From the NCBI GenBank assembly GCA_965287045.1, contig OZ336899.1, forward strand, positions 12,586,001-12,650,000: a stretch of 64,000 nucleotides of DNA, in the 5' to 3' direction. This stretch comes from Carcharhinus amblyrhynchos (lineage: Eukaryota). The notes beneath the pieces are model-generated. The model worked only from the letters and a program-made list of their open reading frames with translations, did no database searches and was not told the origin of the DNA. Both the position numbers and the translations under genes were made by a program. Below are positions 26,272 through 40,000 of this stretch, piece by piece; position 1 is the first letter of the stretch, and each line of letters begins with the position of its first letter.

Positions 26272-26545
26272 GGTTGGCACAGTAGCACAGTGGTTAGCAC
26301 TGCTGCTTCAAAGTGCAGATTTGATTCCTGGCTTGGGTCACTGTCTGTGTGGAGTTTGCACATTTTCCCTGTATCTGCGTGGGTTTCCTCCAGGTGCTCC
26401 GGTTTCCTCCCACATTCTGAAAGACATGCTGGTTAGGTGCATTGACCCGAACAGGAGCCGGACTGTGGCAACTAGGGGAATTTCACAGTAACTTCATTGC
26501 AGTGTTAATGTAAGCCTTACTTGATACTAATAAAGTTTACTTCAC
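26272..26545 (+). mobile_element. V-SINE with HE1 head/core but a different 3' tail
   Basis: HE1 head and V-domain to ~26440, then gtggcaactaggggaatttcacagtaacttcattgcagtgttaatgtaagcc..aataaa. Confidence 0.8.
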
Positions 26546-27002
26546 TTTTTACATCATTGAGGATTATGGATTTATGTGCACCAACCATTACTTTTATTTT
26601 GTTAACTGTGAGTAAGAAATGTAAACATGAATTGGATGTCTCCCTGACCCATGATCCCAAACCCTGAGTGTGCAGTCCTAAAAAGAAGTAGGATTATGAA
26701 TCATGCCTGTAGTCTTATTCCAGAATTTAGCTAAACTCGCACTCCCAGGCTAATTTAGTAAGATTAGTAACTTCACTTTGAAAAAAAATGGCTTTTTTTT
26801 GTGCATTTTTCCAGCTGCAGTCACATTTTAACAACTCTTTCTAAGCGTGAAGGGTTCTGTTTATTTTGTTTATGGTTGTTGCCAAAATCAAACGGAAGTG
26901 TAAATATTCATGGGTTTTATTTCTTTCTCCAAATGATTTTTTGAGCCAATGTGTACATATAGTTGTTTTCTTTTGCCTTATGGTGCTGATTTGAAAGTGC
27001 AA

Positions 27003-28710
27003 TCATAGGAACATAGGGAGATTTATGGCACAGAAGGAGGCTCTTCAGCCCATTGCGTCCATGCCACCCAACAAAGAGCAATGCAACCTAATCCAGCCTT
27101 TCAGCTTTTAGTCCATATCTTTATATGTCAGGGCACTTCAAGTGCATTTCTAAGGATTTTTTAAAATATAGTACAGGTCTCTGGCTTTACCACCCATTCG
27201 GGCAGCGGGTTCTAGGTACCCATCCCATGTGTAAAAATATTACACTCATCCATCCCCTAACCCTTCTCCCAATTATTTTAAATCTGTGTCCCTGGTTATA
27301 GACCTCTCTGCATATGGAAATACATCCAACCTATCCGCTCTCTTAGGCCCCTTATAATTTGGTACAACTCAATTGAATCTCTCCTCAAACTCCACCATTG
27401 CAAAAAAATCAGCCCCAGCCTGTCCAATCTTTTCTCATAGCAAGAAATTCTCAATTTCTGGCAACACCTACTTAAATCTCCTCTGTACACTCTGTAGTAT
27501 GATCACATCTTCCTGTAATGTAATGACTAGTAATGTATGCAACACTCGATCTACACCCTATTAGTGTTTTATGGAGCTGGATTTTATGGCATCCCACCAG
27601 GCCTGTATTTGGCAGCAGGGTCATGTAAACTACAAGAGGTACTAGTCCACTCCCAACCCAATCTCAATAATATGGTGGGTGGATGTGTGCAGAAACTAGG
27701 CCAATTGCCATATTTAAATAAATAATTAACCATGTGCCATAACGTGGTTGGTATGGTGTAATAACTCTAAGGAGGCAAAAGTTAGTTTGTTTACATCAAA
27801 CATCTGTACATAGCCAGTTCTCCATTTGCTCCCTGCTGAATACAGGTTGCAAGTCTGACACACCTGCTTTAAATAGGGAACATGAGGCTTCCTGATTTAA
27901 CCATCAATTAAGACTCAATTCATACTCTAGCAAGCCAACCTCATTAAGCTGGCCGAAGTCATCAAGTATGGTCAGACAAATGGGAATGAGGAGCCCACTT
28001 TCAAAAACATATTTTGTAAAGGCAGGAAGGGAGGGATACAGCATTCAGGGCATTCAACAACATCCTCCCCTCCACCACAAGATGTTGCCTTCCCCTTTGT
28101 GCCTCTTCACCTGGCCTCAGAAACCCACTCTCCTCCCTGATCATGCTCTGTCCCCTAGGCTGCCTGCTCCCTCCCCGCACAGAAAGGCCCAATTTCCGGC
28201 TATAGCATCCATCTTCTCTTTCGTGGAGATGGTTACAGTCCCAGCAGCACCTATTATTCAGTTCTGGTACTGCTGGGAATACTAAGCTCTCGAGAGTGGG
28301 ACTTCCTCCCACTGAAGGGCAGATGTTCTACTCGACGCTTATTTAGTTCACCAGCAGTGCATTATCACTAAGGGGCAGGGTTTCTTTTGGATTCATCAGC
28401 TGCAATGGGAGAACTTGTGTTGGGGTGATGATCAATGGAATCCCTTCATGAAATTCCCCCTGTGCAGTTCTAACATAACCTCCCTGCACTTACACATCTG
28501 GCTTCAGCCAATAGGAAGTGTCCCATATGCCTTTTTGACCACCTCTTCTACGTCTCTAAAACCTTCAGGGAATCCATGGGCATTTACTCCAAAGTCCTTC
28601 TGTTCTCTATACGCCTCAGTATCTTGCTGTTTATTGTGAACGCCATGGTCTTATTAATTCTCTCCTTATCTATTAACTCCCACATTTTTAGATCAAATTC
28701 CATTTGCCAA
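27003..28710 (-). mobile_element. CR1 LINE fragment split by a Harbinger-like element (27572-28480)
   Basis: ORF 27296-27490 (YEKRLDRLGL..LRRDSIELYQIIRG). Insert begins ggagctggatttt and ends aaattccccc; CR1 resumes at ~28480. Confidence 0.7.
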
Positions 28711-29974
28711 AGAGAGTCAAATGGAGATTTGGATAAAGAGTCAGAAGGAGTCAGAGACTTTAGGGGAAAATAGGTGAAAATTGGGAAGAAAGGGCACAGA
28801 CACCAGAACGATTGAATTTTTATTTCAGCAGTTCCATTTATACAGAGCATTCTGACTTAGCCTGCTCCTTCACCCAAATACCAAAGAAAACCTCTGATTC
28901 ATTACTTCCATCACAGAAGGGGAAAAACTGTTGACTGATGCGGGAATGACTGCCTTTCCTGAATTGAAACAGTCTGATTTAAGAAGGAAGAGGAAACATC
29001 TCTTATGTTTTCTTACACATTTTTGGAAGGCCTGCTTGAACCTAATTGTTTTCAACAAGTTTGGCTGATTTCACCATTACAGCTCAAACAAGGACTGATT
29101 ATAGGAGACGAGGAACAATCTGTTAGGCCCGATGGCTGGCCTTTCTGCCTCTAAACTGCATAAAATGAGACAAACTTTTCACATTTTTTGTTTTTCTTTT
29201 AAGTCACTGAGAGAGACTAATGACTGTGACTTTCGCAGCCCAAAGCATAATCACAGGTATTCTTAACATTTTCACTGCCATATTTTGAGCAGAACTGAAG
29301 TGATTGTGAATTTTCCTTTCTTTGCCATTCATCAGAGGGAGCTGATTCATGGTAGAATATTGTTGTATGAGTGCCAGCTGCCCTCTGGTATCATATCCAA
29401 CTAGTCTATCCTCATGTGTGAACCTGCGCAAAAGAACATAATGTAAGAAATAGAAACTAGAGTAATCCAGCTGGCCCCTCACCTGCTCCACCAATCAGTA
29501 AGATCATAGCTGACCTGATTGTGGTCTTAACTCTACTTTCCTGTCTGCTACCTCCAACCTCCACCCCATAATCCTTGACTCTTTCCTTTACAGATGAAAA
29601 ATCTGTCCAGTTCAGCCTATAAGATATTCAATAATCGAGCCTCCATTCATGCTTTAAAGTCTAGATTTTCTGATTTTTTTCAACACCAAATGTTTTTGTT
29701 CTTGTGTTAAAATAATACTGATCAGGTAATGCAGACTCACATTGAACCAAAGATGGCATTGCGATTAAATCCAAATCTCAGCTGACATTCCCGTTGTAGA
29801 GAGGAACACTAAATAAGAATGCTTGCTGATCTTTTTCTCTCATTGTGACCTCAGTATCCTTGTTTATCCTGTCATTCCGTTTGTCCTTACTTTTGCTGCT
29901 GTAAAATTTCGTTCATTTTCGGAGGTTTCAACAGGTCGAATGCCAAATGTAGTTGTTTCTTCATCATTAGTAAT

Positions 29975-30795
29975 GCAGGAGAGGTCTGAGAGATATACAG
30001 TGCAGAAAAGACTCTTCAGCCCATCGTGTCTGCACCCACATTACCTACCACTAAAGGCATGCTAATCCCATTTTCCTGCTCTTGTCCTTTATCCTTGAAT
30101 ATTATGAGACTTCAAGCACTCATCCAAATATTTTTTAAAGGTTGTAAGGTTTCTGGCCTCAACTACCTTCCTAGGTAGTGCATTCCAGATTTCCACAGTG
30201 AAAGATTTCCTGAGTGAAAAGATATTTTTCTTAAATCTCCTGCCGCCTCGTGATTGACCCCTTAACCCAGGGGAACTGCTGCTCTTTATTCAACATATCC
30301 GTACCGCTCATAATCATATATATCGCAATCATATTCCCCCTTAACAGTTTCCGCAGTAAAGAAAACAATCCAAGCCCACCCTGTCTCCCTTATAGCTCAA
30401 ATGCTCCATCCCAGGCAGCATCCAGGTGAAACTCCTGTCTGCCCCCTCAAGTACTGTCACATCCTTCCTATAGTGAGGTGACCAGAACTGCACACAATAC
30501 TCCAGCTGTGGCCTAACCAATGCTCTCTACAACTCCAACATTACCTTCTTGCTCTTATACGATATAACATGACTGATGAAAGTATGTGTCCCTCATGCCT
30601 TCTTAACTATCCTATTCACATGTTCAGCCAATTTCGGGGATTTGTGAATAATTACCCCAAGATTGCTCTGTTCCTCTGAGCTTCCCAATGCCATCCATAT
30701 CTTCCTGCAACCTATAACCATCTTCTTCATTATTAACCACCCCACCAATCTTGGTGTTGTCTGCAAACTTGCCTATCATTCCCCCCACATTTCCA
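29975..30795 (-). mobile_element. CR1 LINE 3' fragment
   Basis: gaccagaactgcacacaatactccagctgtggcctaacc (RPQLEYCVQFW antisense) and gttgtctgcaaactt (KFADN antisense); 3' UTR at 29990-30040. Confidence 0.85.
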
Positions 30796-31640
30796 TCTTA
30801 ACGTTTCTGTATTTACGGGACTTAATCCATATGGATCTATCATTCTTGATGACTAGAACTATTTGCATGGTCCATTCACTAATGCTGACAGGTTTCCAGA
30901 CTCCCATCTTCCTAAATTGTTCCAAGTCAGCTTCCACTTTTGGCTTAATGGCATATGGTGCAGACCTTGCCTTTAAGCATTTTGTTTGATCTCCTTTTCT
31001 TATTTTCAGTTCAACTGTAATATCATTCATGCTCCCTAATTCTCCATCAGACATAATTGTGTGCTTCTTTAAAATTTTTGCGAGACCTGATTCTCGGTTG
31101 GTGATTATGTTGACTTCGGCCCAGCTCATTCAAATCTTCCCCAGCCATATATAGTCCATTAAGACTGGATAGTTGCATTTTACTAAAATTAGAGACGAAT
31201 CTGCTGTCCGCCTATTAAATTGCACTGCTACTTTGATGCAGCACTTCACTGGAACTATTTCACCAATGTATGTCTTCTGCGCTATTGTTGGTTGATTCAA
31301 GGGGATATGTTTAAGTTTCAACTTGTAAGAAGTCTCTGGCATCAGAGACTGATGCCCCGGTATCAGCTTCTATTCTTACTGGTTGTCCATCCAACGGTGG
31401 AGTGACTGAGCATCAGCGTGCAGCACCAGCAATGGCTGACACATTCGGTGATGATTGCTCCTCAGACTATGAGTCGTGATGTTTTTCTCAGCCCTTTTGT
31501 ACAGAATGAACATTTCGTCCTTTGTTCTAATTAAGTGCTGTCTTGGTTTGTTCTTATTTTTTATTTTTAATTAGAGCTTGCTTTTACTTCCAGCCAGTAC
31601 ATTCTGGCTGTTCTTTTTTTCCCACAGCTTCAACATATTA
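30796..31640 (-). pseudogene. Gypsy LTR-retrotransposon pol relic (second Zn knuckle, protease, RT start)
   Basis: LDGQPVRIEADTGASVS protease motif (~31395-31345); ORFs KTYIGEIVPVK..PVLMDYIWL and KARSAPYAIKPKVEADLEQF..EWTMQIVLVIKNDRSI. Confidence 0.85.
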
Positions 31641-34304
31641 GGCAAAATCTTACCAAAAAACAGCAACGTGTTGGTTCTAGCATGAAAAACTGAATGTTCC
31701 CCATCAATGGCGCTGATGTGTTTTTAGGCCAAATCCGATGCCTTGTGAGCAATAATTTTTATGCCCATGAGTTTCATGCCACTTCAGTGGCATGTTCCCT
31801 CTGATTCGCCTGCCCTGCAATGACTTAACTGCTGCAAACACTGGGGAACTCCATATAAATGGCTCTCCCATACTCCCAGCACTTGTTCCACAATGACTGC
31901 AGGAGAAGGCAGCCAAGAAGGTAGCACTGCACTTTTCAGAGGAGACCACACCAGGATGCTGGATGGAGTGGAGCAGACCCTCTGTTCCGGTGGGACACCC
32001 TCTACCCTCATTCAAGGACTTGGCCTTCCAGCAGGTCACCACCCCTGCCTGGGATGCAATGGCAGCCCTAGTCAGTGAAAGCACGCTCCAGAAGAGGATG
32101 GGGCAGTAATGTCAGAAGAAGATGAATGATCTTCTTCGCTCAGCCAGGGCAAGTGAACTATCCATAGTCTCCCACTGGACCCACTCACACATCCCTCATC
32201 CCCAACCCTAACTTTACTCAGCCACCTTGGCCTTTGCAAATATCAGGCACCGGGCTCCCCTCCCACCGACCGTCTCTTCCACAATCACCATGTTTTCCCA
32301 GTAGCTACTATTCTCCTCACACTCCAGCTCCCACTCAAACCCACAGCTACCACACCTCATCACCACCTACACTTCCTTTCTGTGCCATTGCAGGATAAAT
32401 TCAACCAAATTAGGCATCAGTGGGTGCAGCCAGCTGAAGTCACGCCTAAGCTGAGAACCCTCACATGTTTTGAGGAGCAAATCTTCGAGCTGACTGGGAG
32501 GAGAAAGAGTGTGCCTGTACAGTTGATGAATATTGTCATTCTTGAAGTCTCAACTGAGTAATCAATGTTCTATCCATAATCCCCTGTAATCCAATGGCCA
32601 GCCCTCTGGGTTCACCAGACTTCAGCAGTTCAGAGGGGTCCTTCCTTGAAGAGGTGCATAGCTGCCATCAATACTCAGCACCAATACGTATACTCACACC
32701 TCAGTGGGTCCAATAAGTAGGCAAGCTTCTGGGTTACTCACTGGTGAGCAACTCACAGCTGAAGATGCGCAGTAAGCAAAGGCAGGAATGCCCCAGGGAA
32801 CTGACACCCAGAGGAATGAGGAGTCTAGGACTCTGCTGAACCCTTTGCCAATGATGTGCCCCTGGGGCCAGTCATCCCACAGCTGCTGGAGCTGCAAAGG
32901 CAGAGTCACAAGTATCAGGAAGGGATGGCAGCCGCCCTCCTTGGAATATAAGTCCGATTGGAGGAAACCCATTGCCTTCTGTCCAAGGAGATGGTGCCTT
33001 CACTGCAGCACATGAAGGCTAACACTGCCAGCTTGACATCTGAAGTGGAGATGTTGGTGCAAGACATGCACTATATGGCAGGAGAAGTCCACATCATTGT
33101 GCAGCGTTTCAAATGCTTGGTGCAGGCACTGATGGGAATCTACAAGTGTCAATGCCAGAGGATGACGGGGCTTCTGGATCTCAATCCAGCTGCTCCTCCA
33201 TCCCATGAGGAGCACAGAGGCTGTCAGGAACCTGAGGGAAGAGGATTAGCAGGAGTAAAGTCCTGGGTCCTACAGCCGGGGAACCTGGACATCTCCAACC
33301 CATCTGACAGCTCCCTCCCTATAAGTGACACCTCCAGCCCCTGACACCAAGGAGAGAAGCAGTCAAATATTCGTCATATTCTCAAGTTTCTGACATTGGA
33401 GGACTCCTACCAAGGTTATCTCAGGCAACAAGGCATGGAAGTCAGCTGGCTGCCTTAACCTCAGCTGTGGATGTTGGAGATACACCTAGACATAATGGGA
33501 GGGTCAGGAAGATTAAGAAGCTGTAGACACTTAGTGGGCAAGAGTGAATATCAGCACTAGTGTTCATGGGCCATCAGTTTGTTTTGAATGTTTGGCAATA
33601 AGTTCCATTTTGTTCACCCACACCCACAAAGCCTCCACCCTGTCTGTTCTTGCCACCAGTGCCTTATCCCTGTGGAGTGTGAGGATGCCAGTGCTAAGCC
33701 CTTCCGTCCCCTTGCCAGCTTCCACTAATGAAGGCACTCCTTCAACTGTGATATGGAGAGGGATCCTGCTGCATGCATACCAGCCTTCATAGCCTCTTTA
33801 AAACTTTGAAATGAAGGGAAGGTCAGGCCTCCAAGTGACCCCTCCCAATCCCTCTCCCTGAAATCCCAATTCTGGGACCAAGTTCCAAGTTGAACTTATC
33901 TGTGTCCCTAAATCCTCTCCAGTGCCTCCTGAGCAGTGCACACAGTGGAGGGTATTGGCTGTCAGGGCACCCATGTCTGAATTCCTCTCAGAGGTGAAGA
34001 CACTAGGTTCATGCTTATGTAGAGTTGTTGTAAATAGTGCTAAATAGTGATGTCACCCTGGTGCCCACAAAACATTCAGTGAGGGAAGAAGTTCCGGGGA
34101 CAGTACTTGCTAATGATATGCTAATGTATTAAAATGAGCTTTCTGCAGTCCTACAGAATGTTTCATACCCACTCCACCAGCGAAAGATTATAAGATCGGA
34201 ACTCGGAAACTCACCAGCAACAATCGCACTCTCTGGATTTTGAGCACGCACCTCCAATCCTGCAGATGGAGAATGCAGGTTCAGAATCACCCCCCCACCG
34301 CCCC
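31641..34304. mobile_element. Harbinger deletion derivative carrying a Myb/SANT gene relic
   Basis: Interrupts the Gypsy frame precisely. + strand exon 1 ..WDTLYP..AWDAMAALVSESTLQKRMGQ*CQKKMNDLLRSAR (31893-32150); exon 2 after ttgcag DKFNQIRHQW..LRTLTCFEEQIFELTG (32393-32500); transposase N-terminal remnant on - strand ~33700-33975. Confidence 0.75.
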
Positions 34305-34718
34305 ATGTCTTTACATCAGCATTCAGCTGCAGAATACCCTACCTTTGCACACCAGTGACACGTACAAATTTTGAGGTTCTTGGATATCAAATTCGACTGC
34401 CATTTTGACTATTCGAGCACGAGAACTCAATTCCTGAACTTCCTTTGCAGCCAGTTCCATAGAAACAGCAAATTCTTACTCTTTTTTAGAATAAGGTTAC
34501 TCTTCATTAGCAAACATTTCTGTATTGCTTCCCTGTGCAGATCACAGACAAATCTGTCCCGAATAATGTCATTCAGCACATCTCTAAACTCATAATATTT
34601 GCAAGTCTTTTATACACAGTCACGAATTGCACAACTGACTCCCCCTCCTCTTGATTTGTTTTTTGAAATCTAAAGCTCTGTGCAATCATCAAAGGTTTTG
34701 GAGAAAAATGTCTAGATG
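34305..34718 (-). pseudogene. Gypsy gag relic (continuation of 30796-31640)
   Basis: FSPKPLMIAQSFRFQKTNQEEGESVVQFV..LNDIIRDRFVCDL..AVSMELAAKE..CHWCAKVGYSAAEC (CCHC-like knuckle). Confidence 0.8.
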
Positions 34719-35800
34719 AATATAGGAGCAGGTAGAGGCTACTCAGCCCATTAAGTTCACTCTGTCATTCAGTACAATCATTGCTGATCATCCACTTCGA
34801 TGCTTTTTTTCCTCACACTATCCCCATATACCTTTATGTCATTTGTATTTAGAAATCTATCAATCTCTGCCATAAACATGCTCAGTGAATGGACTCCAAC
34901 AACTTGCTGCACCTGAACATTAGTTTTCAATGACTTACTGACGATGATACCTAGGTCCCTTTGTATGTCTGCACTTGCAATTTAAGAAATACTCCGTGCA
35001 TTTGTTTCCTCTACCAAACTGGATACCCTCACATTTTTCCATATTATATTACACCTGTCATGTTATTGCATGTTCATTATGTCTATTCAGATCCTCTTGA
35101 AGCTGCTAAGCATTTCCTCAAAACACATTTCCACATAGCTTTGTGTCATTCATGAACCTGGAAATATTACATTTGATCCCCACATCCAAATCATTGTTAT
35201 ATATTGTGAACTGCTGGGACCGAAGAACTGATCGTTGTGGTACCCTACTCGTCACACACAGCCTGCCAACATGAGAATGATCCATTTATTCCTACTCTCT
35301 ATTTTCTGCCTGTTAACCAATCCTTAATCCATGCCAGTACATTGCCCCCTATCCCATGTGCTTTAATTTTGCTAACCAACCTCCTGTAGTGCATTTATCA
35401 AATGTTCTCTGAAAATCCAAATACCTTACATCCACCAACAACTCCACATCAATTCTGTTAGTAACATCCTAAAAAAATTTCAATGCGCTCAACAAATATG
35501 ATTTCCCATTCATAAATCTATGTTGATAATGCCCATTCAGATCATTATTATCTGAGTGCCCATTTGTCAAATCCTTTAGCACAGATTCCAGCATTTTCCC
35601 TACTACTGATATAAGGCTAACAGGCCTGTAGTTCCCCATTTCTCTCTCTCTCCCTTCTTAAATAGTGGGTTGACATTTGCTACCTTCCAATCTGTAGGAA
35701 CCATTCCAGAATCTATAGTATTTTGGAAAATGATCACCAATTCATCAATCTACATAGACAATCTCTTCAACACACTAGGATGTAGAATATTGGGTCCCAT
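34719..35800 (-). mobile_element. Old CR1 LINE fragment with internal deletions
   Basis: 3' UTR aatataggagcaggtagaggc; antisense RT motifs aggctaacaggcctgtagttccc (NYRPVSL) and tctgaaaatcca (DFQ). Confidence 0.8.
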
Positions 35801-36009
35801 CAATCTTCAGCTCACCTGCTGAATTAAGTAGGTTTTGAGCTGTTGAAACTCAGCCAAGCATTCACAACAGGCTCAGCTATATGAACAGTCCTTAGGAAAT
35901 GTCAATAATTAAATCTATTGAAACAAGAGGAATAAATGTGTTTTCTTTTGTTGTAAACCATAGCAGATGAACTGTCAATCAGTGTACTCTAATGTATTTT
36001 TTAAACTCT

Positions 36010-36320
36010 GAATGAATCAGAGAAGCCGTACAAGGAGGAGGAGCCACTTGGCCAATCGAGTCTACGTGGACCACAATCCCACCCAAGCCCTATTTCCATA
36101 ATCCCACTTATCTGCCCTGCTGGTCACCCTGACACTAAGGGGTAATTTCCAATGGCCAATCAACTTCACCCGCACTTCTTTGGACTGTGGAAGAAACCGG
36201 AGCACCCGGAGGAAACCCTCAAAGACACGGGGAGAATGAGCAAAATCCACACAGATAGGGACCTAAGCCGGGAATCAAACCCGCTGTGAGGTAGCAGTGC
36301 TAACCACTATGTCACTATAC
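36010..36320 (-). mobile_element. HE1-type V-SINE
   Basis: tttggactgtggaagaaaccggagcacccggaggaaaccc..agcagtgctaaccact. Confidence 0.9.
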
Positions 36321-36829
36321 TGTAAACTGTAGCTTTTTATTTTCATGTTTGAGATGAAAGATTTAATAACTTCAGATCATGACACTTCAACAAATCTTAT
36401 CTGCCTTTCAAGAATGTTTATGTCTCCACCATCAATTCCTGATTCCCACATTGTGGATTAAGGCCCTTAGAACAACCTAAATGGGATCTATTTGAACTCA
36501 GCAGTAATTTCAAATGAACCTGCTGAGTCTGGGGCTTCTCCCTGTGTGATCTGCACCCTGCCGCCTTTCCCAAAAATGGGATCTGCCAGAAATGGGAGCA
36601 GGACTTCTGCATCCAATTCCCATCCATCATTTTAAAGGCCTCAAGAGATTTGCCCGACTCTGTAAAATCCAGCCCATTGTTTCGAAGAAAAGTTAACCCC
36701 TTTTTAAACCTATCTCTTTGATCAAGTTTTTGATCACCCCTCCTAATCATTCCACTCCTTTGTGGCTAACAGTGAAGAATAACTTCACCTTGGGACTGGC
36801 TTTTTTGCTCAAGAATTTCTGCTTAACTC

Positions 36830-37030
36830 AATAAGAGGGGAGTTCAGAAGTAATTTATTTCATGAGCATGGTGGAAGTCTAGAACGTCTGAAGGGTGAAC
36901 AAGTCCGAAATCATCATCACATTAAAAAAAACACTTGGATATGCACCTGAAGTGTTGTAATCTACACGACTATGGGCTAAGAGCTAAAAGGTAGGATTAG
37001 ATTGGATAGTTATTTTTTGCAACACAGACA
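36830..37030 (+). mobile_element. CR1 LINE 3' fragment
   Basis: cacttggatatgcacctgaagtg..cacagacacaatgggctgaatggc. Confidence 0.65.
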
Positions 37031-40000
37031 CAATGGGCTGAATGGCTTTTATGTCCTAGGTGGTGAAAAATGTAAAATACATTGATCGGTGTGTGAATCT
37101 CATAGAAATTTATTTCCTCCAAACTACAAAAACACAGGGACATTGAAACCCATGAGACGACACTTCTTAAAATCTTTCAGCATTTTATTCTGATTTGGAT
37201 GAAATAGGCGTAAGCAAAGAAATTATGTCCTACAGGATTCTGAAGCAATAATATTTTTGAAACAATCATTTTAACAGAGAATGAAATGGTCATATCTCCA
37301 CATCCCTGTGTTACCTTCTTATTAGCTCCACTCCTTGCGTCTAGTTAACAAAAAAAAAATCACATTTTGGCTGAAATGAATGTTGTCTTCCTTCCATTTA
37401 CACCATCAGTTTGGATCTGAGTAAAATCTATTATGTCTTATCTGTGCAGTAATTTAGTGAGCAAGGATCAGATTTCTACTGTTTAGGCTCAGGGCTTTGT
37501 GTACCACAGCTGCAGTTGAGATAAATCCTCATCAGGAACAAAGTTTCAGTGACCTTTACAACTAGTCTTCACTTGTTCACTCCAAACTAATTTATCAGCC
37601 TTCATTTTGGCCCTGATTCCCAGAGAGGTCGTGAAAGAACATTATTAAGAGCATGAATGAAGGGAGGATTAAGAAGCTTGGCTAGTCTCTCTTACTACAG
37701 ACACCTAGTTATTTAGCTTTCACAAGAATAGGAGGCAGAGAGATAATCCATACTATCCAGGAGGGCATCCGACAGGCCTTAGCAATGTCTGACTTTTTGC
37801 TCTCAGACAATTTTTTTAAGAGAAATAAACTGGAAGCTATTCTGTCTATTATTATCCTGGTCCGAAGCTGCCTTGTTTGAACTTGACGGACCACTATTAA
37901 CATCTGCTCACTAATGGAGTCTTGGAAAGCAGAATGAAAGAGAGGCTGAGATGAATTTAACCCTTTCTATGGTGTCAGTGTTTGTTCCACTGGGGTTGCC
38001 ACGCAGATCACTTTTCTCCTGATTATCCCTTTGTTTTAAATCATTACCTAGTCGATTGGAATGTCCTTTTTGAAATTTCATTTCCTGCCTAGTTTTGCCT
38101 CTTTTCCCTCATGTTGTCCGGTTCCTCCCCCCCACACCCCCAACCTCCCCACTCAGTTCTCCACCAAAGAATTGACTGATTCTAGGATATGCTGCTGTGG
38201 GCATAGCTAGTCAAAGGTACATTGCACAAGTGGCCTTGGTTCATGATCTTAGTTAACAGTGAACCATTCTTGGGGAGCACCACAGCTGAACCTGATATTG
38301 TGCTTTCTTGACATCAACACAAGTTGTCAGCTGGATTGCAAACAGGAGCAGAGAACCTGAACAAGACGACAAATGTAACCCACCAAACTACTAATGTGAG
38401 ATCTTCTACAGCACAGGCTGTAGCTATATTGTGTGAACATATTTTATGATTCAGTTACTCTCTTTCATCCAATAAGCTGTTGTTGAGTTTGCAGATCTAA
38501 TTTGGATTGTTGGTGCACCTACAGTCCTACCAGGGAGAGAATGCCAGGATTTTGACCTAATAAAAGGAAAAAAAGTAATATATTTTCAAGTCAGGGTGTT
38601 GTGGGACTTGGGGAGGAACCAGCAGGTGGTGTTACCTTGCATCTACTGTCCCTGTTCTTCGAGGTGGTTAAGGTTGCAGATGTGAAAGTTGCTGTTGAAG
38701 GAACCTTAGTAAATTGTTGCAGTGTGTCTTAACGATGGAAAAATAGAAGTTACAGCATAGATAAAGGCCATTCAGCCCATCATGTCTGCACCAGCCAAAA
38801 TAGAGAAATAAAGAAAACTAGCCATTCACTTCAATCACATTTTCCAGCACTTCATCTGTCGCCTTGTAGATTATAGCACTTAAGGTGCAGATCCAGGTAC
38901 TTTTTAAATGCCTATCCAATCTTTCCTCGTAACTACAATTTTTAAGCCCTGACAATATTCTTGCAAATATCCTCTGTAGTTTCTCCAGAGCAATTTTGTC
39001 CTTCCTGTGATGTGGTGACCAGACTGCACACAGAATTCCCCCTGTGGCCCAACAATTTTTATATTTCCAGCGTTACATCCCTGTTTTTATATTTAATACT
39101 TTGCCCAGTAAAGGAAAACATTCCATTTGCTTTTTGACCACCTTATCCACCTGCCCTGCCACCATCAGGGACCTGTGGACCTGCATTCCAAGGTCTCTCG
39201 CTTTCTCGAATCCTCTCAATATCCTCCTGTCTACTGTGTATTCCCAACTTTGTTTGCTCTTATCATTTGCTTTACCTCACACTTCTCCAGATTAAATTAT
39301 ATTTGCCATTTTTCTGCCCAGTCACCAAACCACTGGTGTCATTCTGGAGACAGTTCTCTGCTCTATCACCTATGTGGCCAATTTGTGTATCATCCCAACC
39401 ACATTTAAGTCCAGATCACTTATATACAGGCAGAAAGTGCCCCAACACTGAGAAACTGGAAACGGCTTTCCATTCGCAAAACCACCCATCAACCATTATC
39501 CTTTGTTTCATGTCGCTGAGTCAATTTTGGATCCAACTTGCCACTTTTCACTGTATCCCATGGGCTTTCACTTCCCTGATCAATCTGCCATGCCTTTCTA
39601 AAACAATGCAGACCACTTCCACTGTAGTATCCTTATCAATCATTGTTAATTCCTGAAAAAAATGATTAAGTTAGACATGACCATCCTCAAACTGACAATC
39701 CCTGATCAATCCATGCCTTTCTTAGTGACAGCTTATCCTGATACTGAGAATTAATTCCAATAATTTATCCACCACTGAAGTCAGATTGACTGACCTATAA
39801 TTTTCTGGTCTATTCCTCACACCCTTTTTAAATAGGGCTACAATGTTCACAGACCTCCAGTCCTCTGGTACTTCATCTATATCTAGTGAGGGATGGAAAA
39901 CAATCCTCAGAGCATCCATTATTCCCTCCCTGGCTTCCATTAACAGCGTGGGATGCAATCCACCTGGCCCAGGTGATTTATCTGACTTCAAGAATGTCAG

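Noticed and set aside
32958-33344. 128-aa ORF as a host gene
   Set aside because: Lies within the last exon of the decayed Harbinger Myb gene, whose upstream exons have stops and frameshifts.
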